Source: Mycobacterium leprae TN
GTDB lineage: Bacteria > Actinomycetota > Actinomycetes > Mycobacteriales > Mycobacteriaceae
NCBI RefSeq assembly: GCF_000195855.1
Contig: NC_002677.1
Location: forward strand, 900,001-932,000
Length of the DNA: 32,000 bases
Direction of reading: 5' to 3'
Shown one piece after another: positions 30,824-32,000 of this stretch (positions within the stretch are counted from its first letter, which is position 1; every line of letters begins with the position of its first letter). The notes under the pieces are model-generated. The model did not search any database. It saw only the letters and a program-made list of their open reading frames with translations, and was not told the origin of the DNA. The position numbers were made by a program, and so were the translations under genes.

Positions 30824-31945
30824 GTGAAATTAATCACAACGGTCATGGCCAATATCGGAGACACTAAGCGTCTCCGCCGTGGTCGGAGCCAGTTGGCATG
30901 CGCTGTGCAAGATAGCCGCGTGCGTTACCACCCCGCTATTGCCCGACGACTACATTGCACCTGGCAAATCCGCTGTGGTCCGCGCGAGCTGCGGGGTCGC
31001 GTGTTGATGGTCCGTCGGAAGACAGAAGGCTCGGCGAACCCTGGTCATTAAGCCGAGCTGGGCTTCAGCTATCAGTCCGGCTAGTACATCGGTCGGGTTG
31101 TGTAGTGGATGGGCGCTGGCAGTTGTATTCGCTGACGTCTAGCTTGGCTGCGGTGTCTGGGGCCAGGTTGGGGCGGATGGTGACTATCACCGTGAAAGCG
31201 ATGTCGGATTACCTACCTGGTAGCCGGTGTCGAGTCGGGAACCATGGTCCGGTTGGTCGCGCCCCAGGTCAATTTCGTATTACCTGACTCGGCGCTGTCG
31301 TCGATTCTGTTCTTCACCGCCGGATCCGGCATCGCCCCGGTGATATTGTGATGCTGCGCACGTTGGCGTGCTGCAACCAAATTACGGACATCACGTATCT
31401 GCATTCGGTACCCACCGGATCCGACGTAATGTTCAGCGGAGAGTTGGCCTAGGCCGGCATCCGGCCACAACTGTTTATCGGCTGCGCGTGCGACACATCC
31501 GCACCGAAGGTCGACTCGACTTCGCCCGGCTCGGCGAAGAGGTGTGCCCGGATTGGTGTGAATGCTATACTTGGGTATACAGGACAGAAGGTTTGCTTAA
31601 ATAGGCAGGGACAGTCTGGTCGGCGGACGATATCAGCGACCGGCTGCACTTGGAGCGGTTCGCGGTGTCAAAGGCCGCGCCCGCCGGAGCCGGCGGTGTA
31701 GTCAATTTGCTCATAGTCGACTCAGCGTGGCGGTTGATGCCGGAACGTCGTTGATGGATACGGGCGAAGGCCGTTGGTGTTAAGATGCCATTCTGCTGCA
31801 GGATGGACATCTGTCAGTTGTGTGTGGTCGGGATTGGTCCCAGTCCACGTCTGTGACCTGAAAACGGGTACAAGAACACGAACAGAGAACCTCGATTCAG
31901 ACGTGGGTGTCGGTCGCATCTGGCGACTGTGTGCTCGACGTCTAC
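30824..31945 (+). pseudogene. Decayed ferredoxin-NAD(P) reductase-type oxidoreductase with C-terminal 2Fe-2S domain (Rv3230c-like, partner of the DesA3 desaturase)
   Basis: Blocks in shifting frames: [66 protein letters not shown] (read as RIRHRPG in the current frame), [20 protein letters not shown], the 2Fe-2S motif CRMDICQLC (about 31806-31832), and ASGDCVLDV (31919-31942). There are multiple stops. The span of about 1.12 kb fits a protein of roughly 375 aa. Confidence 0.75.
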
Positions 31946-32000
31946 AGGCTACTGAAGGGCAACCAGTCTAATAGCGTATTACGCTACCGTAAGTCTGGAA

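Overview
GC-rich actinobacterial chromosome segment. The gene order mirrors Mycobacterium tuberculosis H37Rv Rv3263 -> Rv3230c, but about 12 kb of the 32 kb (roughly 37%) consists of frameshifted, stop-riddled gene relics. This decay pattern is what is expected of Mycobacterium leprae or M. lepromatosis. The species call is an inference from the translated proteins and the decay pattern, not a database hit.

Intact genes, left to right:
- an edge-truncated unknown ORF (-)
- fbiB and fbiA (-)
- whiB2 (+)
- an Rv3259-like gene (-)
- a DUF3499 gene, manB, an Rv3256c-like gene and manA (+)
- sahH, tmk, mtrA, mtrB and lpqB (+)
- hpf and secA1 (+)
- an RCK_C regulator plus a CPA2 antiporter (+)

Decayed genes, by block:
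- manA to sahH: FAD oxidoreductase (Rv3254-like), amino-acid permease (Rv3253c-like), alkB, one rubredoxin and a TetR regulator
- lpqB to hpf: a comF-like gene
- secA1 to the RCK_C gene: unassignable membrane-protein and hydrolase-like scraps
- right of the antiporter: tgs (WS/DGAT), ppk2, an Rv3231c-like gene and an Rv3230c-like ferredoxin reductase

I saw no rRNA, tRNA, CRISPR array, transposase or prophage by eye. I did not find a convincing new multi-gene system. Almost all of the apparently empty DNA resolves into recognisable gene fossils.

The leads most worth a second look are:
1. the edge-truncated ORF downstream of fbiB, which has a PD-(D/E)XK-like signature
2. the exact inactivating lesions that can be read directly, including a perfect 14-bp tandem duplication
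3. a 22-23 nt motif shared by the manB and tmk upstream regions, which would make tmk leaderless
4. the unassigned DNA at 24.5-25.7 kb and 27.3-28.2 kb
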